This document shows, piece after piece, positions 1 to 8,953 of a DNA stretch of 64,000 bases. The stretch covers positions 569 to 64,568 of the forward strand of contig CAYHLX010000002.1 in NCBI GenBank assembly GCA_964357605.1, read 5' to 3'. Numbering within the stretch: the first letter of the stretch is position 1; every line of letters starts with the position of its first letter. The notes under the pieces were generated by a model, which was not told where the DNA came from, searched no databases, and saw nothing but the letters and a program-made list of their open reading frames with translations. Position numbers and translations under genes: made by a program. This stretch comes from an uncultured Candidatus Saccharibacteria bacterium. GTDB lineage: Bacteria > Patescibacteriota > Minisyncoccia > Phycocordibacterales > PALSA-1337.

Positions 1-3000
1 ATAATTTTGCCAGTGACTAAGTCCGCTTCCATAATTCAAATCAATCTCACCTGCCGCCCCACTAGCTGCTTGTAGTTTTAATGAATATTGAGAATTGATT
101 GTTGCAACAAAACTAGTAATATCAAAATCCAGCGTAGGAGGAGAGCCAGCAACAGTATTAGTAAGTCTTAAAACATGACCAGTACTCGGACCAATAACAT
201 GCAATTTAGCTCCAGGAGAAGCGGTCCCAATCCCCACGTTACCATTCTGTAAAACACTCAAACCAGTAGAACCTCCTGCTATCAATCCCCCCACGAATGT
301 TGAGGTTGCAACCGTCGAGGTGGCATTGAAGTACGGTGCGCTGATCTTTGCCCATGACTCTATGCCGCCGGCGAAGGTAGAGGTAGCTGTTGATTTAATA
401 TTGATTGGTATGGTTGTGGTAGGAGTAAGAGAATTTACGCTGAAGATATTATTCTCTTGAAGCCAGTCATAAGAATTTCCTGTTGGCCATGATGTGCGGC
501 AGTCGGAAGTCAGACAAAGGGTCGTAGCGGAGAGAGCCGTAGTTGAAGCGTATGGGAATACTGAGGCTTGAGTAGTTGATGTTGCAGTGATATATGCAAC
601 CGTTGGAGAAGTAGAGGATACGAAAGCACCAGAGTCGTTAATCGCAAGCCATCCTTGACCAAAAGATGTTTGACCGGTGCCGCCTTTGTTCACAGCAATG
701 GTTGTTCCGTTCCATGTACCACTCGTAATGTTACCTAGAGTTGCGATGTTTGTCGAACCTGTCCAGGTAGAGAGAGCTGTGTTTTCAACATTGTTGAGTC
801 CTAGTGTTGTCTTTAGGTTTGCTGTAGATGTACCAGCGAGAGAGCCTGTACCGTTTGCATAGAGGACATCACCGAGAGTGTAGGATGAGAGACCGGTGCC
901 GCCACCAGCTACTGTGAGTGTACCGGTAATTGTTGGAGGAGCGATGGTGAAGGTGGTGCCAGAATTGGTAATGGCATTTGAGATGGAAAGACCATTGAAT
1001 GATGTAGCGGTAGAAGTAGCTAGAGTGATAGCACCAGTTTGTGCTGAACCATATGTTTGAGCAAGAGATGATATGCCATTGTTAATACTTGAAGTTGCTG
1101 TCCATGTAGGGATTCCATTGAGGTATGCGAGAACATATCCTGCAGTTCCAGCTGTAGTGGTTGCGAGTGCTCCTGTACCATTACCATATGGTATAGCGCT
1201 GGCTTGTATAGCTGACCAGCCGGTACCTCCGTAGAGGACTCCGATGGATGAGGTTGCTGAGACAACTCCGTTGTTGGCTTGGAGAGGGCCGTTCAATGAA
1301 CCTACTGTCAGAGTTGAATTGAATGTGGCTGCACCACCAAAGATGTTTGATCCATTGAATGTTTGGTTACCTGAGAACGTATTGGAGTCTCCTAGGAGTG
1401 TTGACGATGCAAATGTCCAGGTGGAGGTTGAGAATGAATATGCAAGACCAGAGGAGTTAACGGCGACACCGCCTGCGGAGAGACCGGTGAGTGAGAAGTT
1501 GCCAGAGAAAGTATTAGCGCCAGTAAAGGTATTTGCTGTATATGTTTTTGAAATGGTGGATGAAGCGTGGATGTAGGCGTTAACTAACGTGTCAGAATAG
1601 AACTTGTTGGTTGAACCTTCAACAAGATTGTCTGTATTGATGTTCAAGGTTGAAGTACTGACTGTTCCAACAGAACCGTTTGTACCATAGAGGACTCCTG
1701 TGAGAGTACCGATCGAGGCTGTATTAGAAACAACTAAATTTGATGTTGAAGCAGTACCAGAGACCGTGATAGCTGTTGTTGAGGCGTATGGGAAGACTGA
1801 GGCTCGAGTAGTTGATGTAGCAGTAATATATGCAACAGTCGGACTCGTAGAAGAAGTAAATGTCGTACCATCAGAATGTAACCACCCCTGACCAAAAGAG
1901 GTTTGACCTGTGCCACCTTTGTTCACAGCAATGGTTGTTCCGTTCCATGTACCACTCGTGATGTTACCTAGAGTTGCAATATTGGTTGAGCCAGTCCACG
2001 TTGAGAGAGCTGTGTTTTCAACATTGTTGAGTCCTAGTGTTGTCTTTAGGTTTGCTGTAGATGTACCAGCGAGAGAGCCTGTACCGTTTGCATAGAGGAC
2101 ATCACCGAGAGTGTAGGATGAGAGACCGGTACCACCTCGAGCCACAGAAAGTGTTCCCGTCCATGAGGGCGTGAAAGTGTGAACATCACCAGCTGAAGTA
2201 ATAGCCAAAAGAATATTCGCATCAGATGAAGTTGCAAAAGTTTGAGATGATCCAGACTGAAATGCTGAGTACTGCGCACCTAGTGCAGTCAGACCTCCGC
2301 CCGCTCCTGCATCAGCCCCACAGGCAAATTGTCGTGTTGTCGCATTCCAGATCAATTTGTCCCCTGAACCCGAACATGAAGTAGTTAGACCGGCTCCAGA
2401 AATTTGACCAGAAATATATAGACTTGTTGTTGTGGCATTTGTAGTTGTTGCACGCGTAGCGATGAGATCAGTCAGACCTAGGAGTGTTGTCAGATTTGGT
2501 AGGGTTGTCGTTGCGGAAAGACGAGTATCAAAACGGTTGTTTGTCCAGTAGAGATTATTCAGTCCTTCGTCGAGAGCATCTGTTGTTGTTCCTGCTAGGT
2601 CTGAAGCAAAAAGAAGAGTTGAGTAATATTTGTTGATCGCACCTTGTGTCAATTGATCTGTTGTTGTTGAATACCAATTGGCGAGAGTAAGATATCCATT
2701 CAGATCCGCTGAACCAAGAAGGCCGAGTGAGGATGTGGCAATACCGATGAATGTATTGTTCGGTCCGCCGATGAGGAGTGAAGATGAGGCGACAGAATTG
2801 AGTCCTGTACCTCCATATATTACTCCGACACTTGTGGTCGCAGAGACAACTCCGTTGTTGGCTTGGAGTGGGCCGTTTAGGGTATCGATTGTTACAGAAC
2901 TCGCCGTCAAAGAATTGGCCGTAACTGTATTCAATGTAGAAGCATTTGAAACTATCAAATTTGATGTCGATGCCGTACCAGAAACTGTGATGGCAGTCGA

Positions 3001-3549
3001 TGAGGCGTATGGCAGTGTGGAAGCTGTTGTAGAAGTAGCTACAAAATATCCGATAGTCGCACTACCTGTATCTGCACGCAAGAACTGTGTACTGTCCAAA
3101 CCATCCAGCGTGTCTGCCACAAAGGCCGATGGCACGGCACCAATAATTTTTCGTGGTGTCATTTCCCCATCACTTTCAATATTTACTCCTAGATATAATG
3201 TCTGGTTAAAATCAACACTCGTAAGAGCCGTGACTGCCCCCAACATCACACTGAAGAGCCCGTCTGTTACTTGAACTTCATTTGCCCCAGTCAAAGATTC
3301 TGTCCAAATAGCCGAGCCACCCGATGAGGCCGTGTAGAGTTTGAACTCCATAGCATATGTTCCATCAGCCACAACATCTCCTGCACTATCTGCCAACTTT
3401 CCTTGATAGTTGATCTGCTTGTTGATGGCGGCTTCGGCAACCGGAGTAAAGTTTGGAATATAAACCAAGGTACTCGCCACAAAAACGAATAATGCCATGC
3501 TACCAGCAATCACCTTTCTAATTATTCTTTTGTTGAATAATTTTTTCAT
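1..3549 (-). CDS. Giant Ser/Thr/Gly-rich surface protein, tail-fibre-like (partial, C-terminus beyond window)
   Basis: ATG at 3549-3547 overlaps the upstream TAA. Hand translation is open to position 1: MKKLFNKRIIRKVIAGSMALFVFVASTLV (signal/TM), INKQINYQGKLAD domain, GGTG repeats, GNVGIGTASP. Not in ORF track because there is no stop in the window. Confidence 0.9.
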   Translation of the reverse strand, partial: MKKLFNKRIIRKVIAGSMALFVFVASTLVYIPNFTPVAEAAINKQINYQGKLADSAGDVVADGTYAMEFKLYTASSGGSAIWTESLTGANEVQVTDGLFSVMLGAVTALTSVDFNQTLYLGVNIESDGEMTPRKIIGAVPSAFVADTLDGLDSTQFLRADTGSATIGYFVATSTTASTLPYASSTAITVSGTASTSNLIVSNASTLNTVTANSLTASSVTIDTLNGPLQANNGVVSATTSVGVIYGGTGLNSVASSSLLIGGPNNTFIGIATSSLGLLGSADLNGYLTLANWYSTTTDQLTQGAINKYYSTLLFASDLAGTTTDALDEGLNNLYWTNNRFDTRLSATTTLPNLTTLLGLTDLIATRATTTNATTTSLYISGQISGAGLTTSCSGSGDKLIWNATTRQFACGADAGAGGGLTALGAQYSAFQSGSSQTFATSSDANILLAITSAGDVHTFTPSWTGTLSVARGGTGLSSYTLGDVLYANGTGSLAGTSTANLKTTLGLNNVENTALSTWTGSTNIATLGNITSGTWNGTTIAVNKGGTGQTSFGQGWLHSDGTTFTSSTSPTVAYITATSTTRASVFPYASTTAITVSGTASTSNLVVSNTASIGTLTGVLYGTNGSVGTVSTSTLNINTDNLVEGSTNKFYSDTLVNAYIHASSTISKTYTANTFTGANTFSGNFSLTGLSAGGVAVNSSGLAYSFSTSTWTFASSTLLGDSNTFSGNQTFNGSNIFGGAATFNSTLTVGSLNGPLQANNGVVSATSSIGVLYGGTGWSAIQASAIPYGNGTGALATTTAGTAGYVLAYLNGIPTWTATSSINNGISSLAQTYGSAQTGAITLATSTATSFNGLSISNAITNSGTTFTIAPPTITGTLTVAGGGTGLSSYTLGDVLYANGTGSLAGTSTANLKTTLGLNNVENTALSTWTGSTNIATLGNITSGTWNGTTIAVNKGGTGQTSFGQGWLAINDSGAFVSSTSPTVAYITATSTTQASVFPYASTTALSATTLCLTSDCRTSWPTGNSYDWLQENNIFSVNSLTPTTTIPINIKSTATSTFAGGIESWAKISAPYFNATSTVATSTFVGGLIAGGSTGLSVLQNGNVGIGTASPGAKLHVIGPSTGHVLRLTNTVAGSPPTLDFDITSFVATINSQYSLKLQAASGAAGEIDLNYGSGLSHWQNY
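540..904. repeat. Internal direct repeat, copy A (copy B about 1776-2137)
   Basis: 770-897 is identical to 2003-2130 (128 bp, offset 1233). Flanks differ mostly at synonymous positions. Confidence 0.95.
1776..2137. repeat. Internal direct repeat, copy B
   Basis: Encodes the same ~120-aa module (GGTGLSSYTLGDVLYANGTG...GTWNGTTIAVNKGGTGQTSFGQGWL...PYASTTA) as copy A. Confidence 0.95.
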
Positions 3550-4766
3550 TATTGTGGTAAGTTATTCTGCAAAGACTTCTTTTCTTTTTTCTTTTTCTCC
3601 ACTACGACCAAGATGATAATGGCGATAAATGCCAGAACCAGGAAAATAATCATCCAGAATAGATTCTTGGGATGTTTACCATCAAGTCCGAACAAAGCCT
3701 CTCCTTCTTCTAGAACCAAGGCTCGCAACTGACCATTTAGCCTCTTTAGACCTTGGTTTTTATAATCTAGAATAATTGCATTTAATTTGTAATCTCCACT
3801 TCTACCAAGAGGAGCTATTGTGGCTTCGTAAGCTGTCTTATTTTCATTAACACGGAGAAGGAATGTAAATACTTTTGTCTTATCGCTAGGATCTGTCAGA
3901 GTAATAGCAATAGTTTTTAATATTTCAGGAACCTTATCATAGGATAATCGAATGGTTAGATTTTGAGTCCCGTCTACTGGTACGATTCCCTCAACCTGTG
4001 CAATTTTTCTATTGTTCTGTATAAAATCAAAGTCTAAAAGAGAAAGGTCTGAGATAACTGGGTCTGTGGTAGGAATAAGAGGAATATTTTCAAAAATCTC
4101 TGACGGAGTTAGTGGAGGAGTAATATCTCCAAGAGTACTGAGGCGAGCTTGTGCAAGAACTCCGGATGAATATATCCCTGTTTGATTTTTTGCAAAAAGA
4201 GCGTAGTAATACTGTTGACCAATAATTACATTATTATCTAACACAGACTCTACATCTCCCTCAAAAATAACTTCACCATCAGAAATATCATTTGGGAAAA
4301 ATTTATCTGAACGAACAATCCTGACTGAAACTATTTTTGAATCCAGAGGATAATTCCAAGAAAGTAAAATATTTTTTTCTAACGGTGTCGCGGTAAAGTT
4401 AATCGCGTTCACTGGCAAAAATGATCCGCTAATACCAGTACTTCCTGAATCTGGTGTAGATGCCGGTGGAGTAGAAGTAGAAACTGAAATTGTTGCGACC
4501 TGCTGGAAACCAGCTCGAAGATTATTGTTGGTACTATTTGAAAATCCTGTGCCAACTTCACCTCCTGTATCTTCTAAACCATACGAAGCAGAAGTTGAGC
4601 GAGCCCCTCCAAAATTCATACTGTCTGCTTCTAGAACATAATTTCCACTAGTCATTCTCTCTGCAAAAACTACTTCTACTGACGTAGATAAAAAACAAAC
4701 AAAGATAGCAATCCCGATTGCAGATGAGAGGAAATTTCTTGTTTTAGGATAGTTAAAAATATTCAT
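3549..4766 (-). CDS. Exported protein with Fn3-like domain and C-terminal membrane anchor
   Basis: N-terminal signal; FTATP...ILLSWNYP...YYYALFA Fn3-like motif; C-terminal TM followed by poly-Lys. Confidence 0.75.
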   Translation of the reverse strand: MNIFNYPKTRNFLSSAIGIAIFVCFLSTSVEVVFAERMTSGNYVLEADSMNFGGARSTSASYGLEDTGGEVGTGFSNSTNNNLRAGFQQVATISVSTSTPPASTPDSGSTGISGSFLPVNAINFTATPLEKNILLSWNYPLDSKIVSVRIVRSDKFFPNDISDGEVIFEGDVESVLDNNVIIGQQYYYALFAKNQTGIYSSGVLAQARLSTLGDITPPLTPSEIFENIPLIPTTDPVISDLSLLDFDFIQNNRKIAQVEGIVPVDGTQNLTIRLSYDKVPEILKTIAITLTDPSDKTKVFTFLLRVNENKTAYEATIAPLGRSGDYKLNAIILDYKNQGLKRLNGQLRALVLEEGEALFGLDGKHPKNLFWMIIFLVLAFIAIIILVVVEKKKKEKKSLQNNLPQ

Positions 4767-4772
4767 GATATT

Positions 4773-5771
4773 TTATTGAGTTGCTTCCTGAATTGGTACC
4801 AAGACATAGACAAAATTATCTTCGGTAGCTTTACGAAATACCGGAGTAATCACACCAGAAGTTCCACTCTGATCTGGATGAATCTGTATTTCATCAGAAA
4901 AAGAGTCGCGAATTCTCTGTTTGATCAGCTCATCTTTTTCTAGAGAATTTGTGGAGGGCACAACTGCAATTCCATTGAAACCTAATTCTCTAGAATCTTT
5001 TTGTGATGGAATATTTTCAACTACCAATTGAGAATCATCTTTTCCAAAATATGAAGCAACTTTATTTGAAATCTGGTCCCAACCTTTAGCAATCGAATTT
5101 AAAATATCTTTTGAGACTGAAGCAATGGAGGCTTGAGATGAGTAATTTGTATTTTGATTTAAAGATGAAAGAGATGATTGCATGAAAAATCCTCCGCCAA
5201 TAATTGCCACGAGGAGAATTACTACCGCCGCAAAATCATCGGCAAAATTATATGAAGTAATTTTGTTAGAGATACTTATTGAGGAAAAAGTATTTCTGAT
5301 TGAAAAGACAGCGGGAACAAATTTAACTTCAAGATTTTTTTTCTTGAGAAGAGGCATCAGGGGAGATTTTATGGGTTCATACTTGAAAGATGACTTAGCT
5401 TCTTCTACAATTTTTGAAACAATTATTGGTTGAACAGACAAGCTGTAGGCTCTTTCTGTTAAAAGTAAAAGTGGTGATGATAATTTTTCAATCGTCCTAA
5501 ATTTTTCTTCCCTGATTTCTCTTCTTTCCTGTTGAGCTTGAAAGGCTCTTCTTTTTTTAGCTGTTTTCTTATTTGTCTTTACTTGATCATTAACCAATTT
5601 GTGATTGAGAAGAGATTCCTCAAGAACGAACCATGATCTGCCAACCACTTTTGACTCAATCTTACCCGCTCGACAGAGCTGTCCAACATAGTCACTGGTG
5701 TATCCAGTGACCTCTGCAGCTCGGCGAGCCGAGATGTATGTTTTATGTTCTAAAATAAGAGCATCTTTCAT
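4773..5771 (-). CDS. HTH_17/excisionase-like HTH protein with a transmembrane helix
   Basis: YISARRAAEVTGYTSDYVGQLCRAGKI...GRSWFV at N-terminus; hydrophobic FAAVVILLVAIIGGGFF segment. Confidence 0.75.
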   Translation of the reverse strand: MKDALILEHKTYISARRAAEVTGYTSDYVGQLCRAGKIESKVVGRSWFVLEESLLNHKLVNDQVKTNKKTAKKRRAFQAQQERREIREEKFRTIEKLSSPLLLLTERAYSLSVQPIIVSKIVEEAKSSFKYEPIKSPLMPLLKKKNLEVKFVPAVFSIRNTFSSISISNKITSYNFADDFAAVVILLVAIIGGGFFMQSSLSSLNQNTNYSSQASIASVSKDILNSIAKGWDQISNKVASYFGKDDSQLVVENIPSQKDSRELGFNGIAVVPSTNSLEKDELIKQRIRDSFSDEIQIHPDQSGTSGVITPVFRKATEDNFVYVLVPIQEATQ

Positions 5772-5824
5772 ATTGTCTTACCTATAATTATACTTCATCT
5801 CGGATGCTTTTTTGGGAAAAAATA

Positions 5825-5833
5825 TGTGGATAA
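5825..5833 (-). promoter_or_regulatory. DnaA-box consensus TTATCCACA
   Basis: TGTGGATAA on + strand in intergenic DNA. Confidence 0.5.
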
Positions 5834-6146
5834 ACGATCAAAATTATTGATCACATTTTTTTCAAAAAACTTGGTAAAATTTGAGCTAAAAATACTCCTG
5901 GTCTTAAAAATGCCAGTTTCAGCTAAAGCTCCTAGTCTTAAGCATTCAAAGCAGGACAAATTAAAAAATTAGATGACCAAAAGTACGTAAAGTTAAAATT
6001 AAAAGGCCTATAAACGATTTTAAAGCCTCATTTTTCATAGGGAAATGCTTATTTTTAATATTTTAAGTATAAAAAATAGATATATTAGATCAAAAAGCTG
6101 TTATAGAGATATATGCCATCTTTATTAATAAATAATAGTAAAATTT

Positions 6147-6238
6147 ATATTACTTATTAAACCTTACTAATGTGGATAAATAGTTACTAGATATTGCTAA
6201 TAATGTTATAATGTCTATTAAGGTTTAATAAGTAATAT
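6147..6238. repeat. Perfect 20-bp inverted repeat enclosing a 52-bp promoter segment
   Basis: ATATTACTTATTAAACCTTA (6147-6166) and TAAGGTTTAATAAGTAATAT (6219-6238). Inside: TGTGGATAA (6171-6179) and TGtTATAAT (6204-6212). Confidence 0.92.
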
Positions 6239-6253
6239 CAATAGCATTATTTT

Positions 6254-6487
6254 ATGGAAAAAAAATATATAAACATCAAGCAAGCAGCTAAAATTTTAGG
6301 AGTCTCATCTCTCACTCTTCGCAATTGGGATAACAATGGCAAATTCCCAGCTGGAAGGCACCCTATAAGTAATTATAGAGTTTATAGGGTAGAGGATCTA
6401 GAAAAGATTCTTATGGCTATTGAGGAGAGTCGAGGTCATCATCGATCTAGAAATGAGATAAAGAAATTAATGGTCAAGCACCTATAG
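6254..6487 (+). CDS. Small MerR-type/BldC/excisionase-like HTH DNA-binding protein
   Basis: INIKQAAKILGVSSLTLRNWDNNGK...NYRVY motif; no effector domain. Confidence 0.85.
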   Translation: MEKKYINIKQAAKILGVSSLTLRNWDNNGKFPAGRHPISNYRVYRVEDLEKILMAIEESRGHHRSRNEIKKLMVKHL

Positions 6488-7943
6488 TTTCTATAATTAT
6501 CTTTTTTAAAACTTCAGGATTAGCTGAACCTTTAGTTGCTTTCATTCCTTGTCCGACCAAGAACTGTAGCGCGACCATCTTCCCTTTTTTATAATCATCC
6601 ACCACACTCAGATTTGTTTTTATAATCTCTTCCACAATCTTTTTTATTTCTCCTTCATCACTTTTCTGTATCAAACCTTGTTCATTAGCAATTTTTACTG
6701 GATCAATATTTTGTTCTCCAAATTTTGAATACAAAATCGCTAAAAGATCTTTTCCACCACGCGAAGATAGTTCACCCTTGCCAATCATCTTTACGAGTGT
6801 TGCAAAATTTTTGGCAGAAACCATTTCCATTGACGTCTCCAGATTTCTGTCTTCCTTTTTTAAAATCCCGATAAAATCTGTGAGAATGTAGTTGATCGCA
6901 AGACGCATTAGTTTTTTGTCATTGTCTAGACCCTTCCCCACCTCTTCAAAGTAATGTCCAATTTTTGGAGACTCCACAAAAACTGAAACTTCTTTATCGG
7001 TCATCTGAAAAACTTTTTGCAGTCTTCCCCTCTTCTCCCATGGTAGCTCTGGAAGCTCTTTCTCTAGATTTTTTATAGAAAATTCTTCTACCTCACTCAC
7101 TTTAAGTTTTGGGATATCAGGATCTGGAAAATAACGATAATCATGCGAACTCTCTTTAGCTCTTTGTGAAAAGGTATTGCCAGCATTCTCATCCCAACCA
7201 CGAGTTTCTTGTACCACCTTCTCCCCCTTTTCAAGCAACTTCTCTTGTCGATCAATTTCATAAGCAATAGCCTTCTCGACAGCCTTAAAGGAGTTGAGAT
7301 TTTTGACTTCTGTCTTTGTTCCAAACTTCTTTGCTTTGGTATCCTCTGGTGTTGCTACCGAGATGTTGGCCTCTACTCTCATTTCTCCTTTCTCTAGATT
7401 TGCCTCCCCTACCCCAAGGTAGCGTAGGGCTAATTGTAGCTCTTTAGCAAAGTTTACAGCTGTTATAGCATCGTGTATAACTGGTTCAGTTACCAGCTCC
7501 ATCAGCGGTACACCAGCTCTATTAAAGTTTATTAAACTCTTGTGATGTGTATCGTGTGTAGATTGAGCTGTATCCTCTTCTAGATGGATGCGAGTAAGCT
7601 CTACGCCGGCCAATAACCCGCCTGAGATGAGTGGGTATTTGTACTGACTGATCTGGTAACCCTTGGGTATGTCAGGGTAAAAATAGTTTTTTCTATCCCA
7701 CTGCGTGAAGTCTGCTCTATCCCCTTTTACAGCCAGGCCCACCTTCAGAACGTGCTTTATAGCTTCCTTATTTAACACAGGAAGTGTGCCAGGATGGCCC
7801 ATACAAATAGGGCAAATATTAACATTTGGACGTTCTTCATTTGAGTCATTCTTACATGAGCAAAACATCTTTGAGGTCGTTTTGAGTTCGGCATGAACCT
7901 CCAGACCAATGGTAGCGATGTATTTGAGAGACGACTTTTCCAT
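6474..7943 (-). CDS. gatB: Asp/Glu-tRNA amidotransferase subunit B
   Basis: IGLEVHAEL, RKNYFYPDIPKGYQISQ, RIHLEED, NRAGVPLMELVTEP, DYRYFPDPD. Confidence 0.98.
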   Translation of the reverse strand: MEKSSLKYIATIGLEVHAELKTTSKMFCSCKNDSNEERPNVNICPICMGHPGTLPVLNKEAIKHVLKVGLAVKGDRADFTQWDRKNYFYPDIPKGYQISQYKYPLISGGLLAGVELTRIHLEEDTAQSTHDTHHKSLINFNRAGVPLMELVTEPVIHDAITAVNFAKELQLALRYLGVGEANLEKGEMRVEANISVATPEDTKAKKFGTKTEVKNLNSFKAVEKAIAYEIDRQEKLLEKGEKVVQETRGWDENAGNTFSQRAKESSHDYRYFPDPDIPKLKVSEVEEFSIKNLEKELPELPWEKRGRLQKVFQMTDKEVSVFVESPKIGHYFEEVGKGLDNDKKLMRLAINYILTDFIGILKKEDRNLETSMEMVSAKNFATLVKMIGKGELSSRGGKDLLAILYSKFGEQNIDPVKIANEQGLIQKSDEGEIKKIVEEIIKTNLSVVDDYKKGKMVALQFLVGQGMKATKGSANPEVLKKIIIETIGA

Positions 7944-7955
7944 GAGGCTATCTTA

Positions 7956-8927
7956 CTATTTCCTTAACCTTTTCACAATCTCATCAGATAACTTCTTTAT
8001 AGATGTATCATCCAAAATAGAGACGGTCAGAATGTCTTTGTTGTATTTAGAAATCTTTTTCTTGACAGACTCAACGGTCTTTTCATCTACCATATCAGTC
8101 TTAGTAAGAATAATTGTCTCTTCTTTTTCATCTAATCTTTCACCGTACTTTCTAAGTTCTTCTCTGATAGTTTTGTAAACCGAAATGGTTGCGTCATTTT
8201 CAAGAGAGATAAGATGAAAAAGTCTCTTGGTTCTTTTGACATGACGAAGAAATTTGTGCCCCAGACCCTTCCCTTCTGAAGCACCTTCTATAAGTCCAGG
8301 AATATCGGCTAGGATAAATCCGCCCTTCAAAGCTCCGAGATTTGGTTCAAGAGTCGTGAAAGCGTAACTGCCAACTTGAGCATTCGCATTTGTTAAAGAA
8401 TTTAAAAGTGATGATTTTCCTGCATTAGGTAAACCAATGAGTCCAGCATCCGCTACCAGCTCCAGTTCAATATGAAAATCCGCCTCTTCCCCATCTTTAC
8501 CTCTGGTAGATTCCATGGGAGTAGTATTCGTAGAAGCTTTAAAATGTTCGTTACCCAGACCTCCCTTTCCACCATTAAGAATTTTTACTTTCTCATCTTC
8601 TGTGAGAAGACTGATACTTCTCTTTGTTCTAGAGTCTGTAATAATAGATCCAATAGGAAGATCTACCACGAGATCATTTCCATCTCTCCCATCCATACTA
8701 TTCTTTGCCCCAGAGATACCATTCTCGGCTACAAATTCTTTGGTATTTCTATATCTACCAAGAATACTCAAATCACGAATGGCCTGGACATAGACATCCC
8801 CACCCCTTCCTCCGTTACCTCCAGCGGCTCCAGCAAACTCCTTGCCCTTTTCGTGACGCCAACGAACCACGCCGTCTCCGCCGTTACCAGCCTTAATATG
8901 AAATGTTAGCTCATCAATAAATGCCAT
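7956..8927 (-). CDS. obgE: GTPase ObgE/CgtA
   Basis: Gly-rich Obg fold; GLPNAGKSSLL, YAFTTLEPNLG, DIPGLIEGA, TKTD. Confidence 0.97.
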   Translation of the reverse strand: MAFIDELTFHIKAGNGGDGVVRWRHEKGKEFAGAAGGNGGRGGDVYVQAIRDLSILGRYRNTKEFVAENGISGAKNSMDGRDGNDLVVDLPIGSIITDSRTKRSISLLTEDEKVKILNGGKGGLGNEHFKASTNTTPMESTRGKDGEEADFHIELELVADAGLIGLPNAGKSSLLNSLTNANAQVGSYAFTTLEPNLGALKGGFILADIPGLIEGASEGKGLGHKFLRHVKRTKRLFHLISLENDATISVYKTIREELRKYGERLDEKEETIILTKTDMVDEKTVESVKKKISKYNKDILTVSILDDTSIKKLSDEIVKRLRK

Positions 8928-8953
8928 AGTTATGAGACTATACCAGAGAATGC

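Noticed and set aside
677-3509. Short track ORFs at 0.7-3.5 kb
   Set aside because: Antisense or off-frame shadows of the giant minus-strand gene.
5772-6253. oriC
   Set aside because: Only two boxes about 350 bp apart, no dnaA/dnaN, and gene orientation does not switch here.
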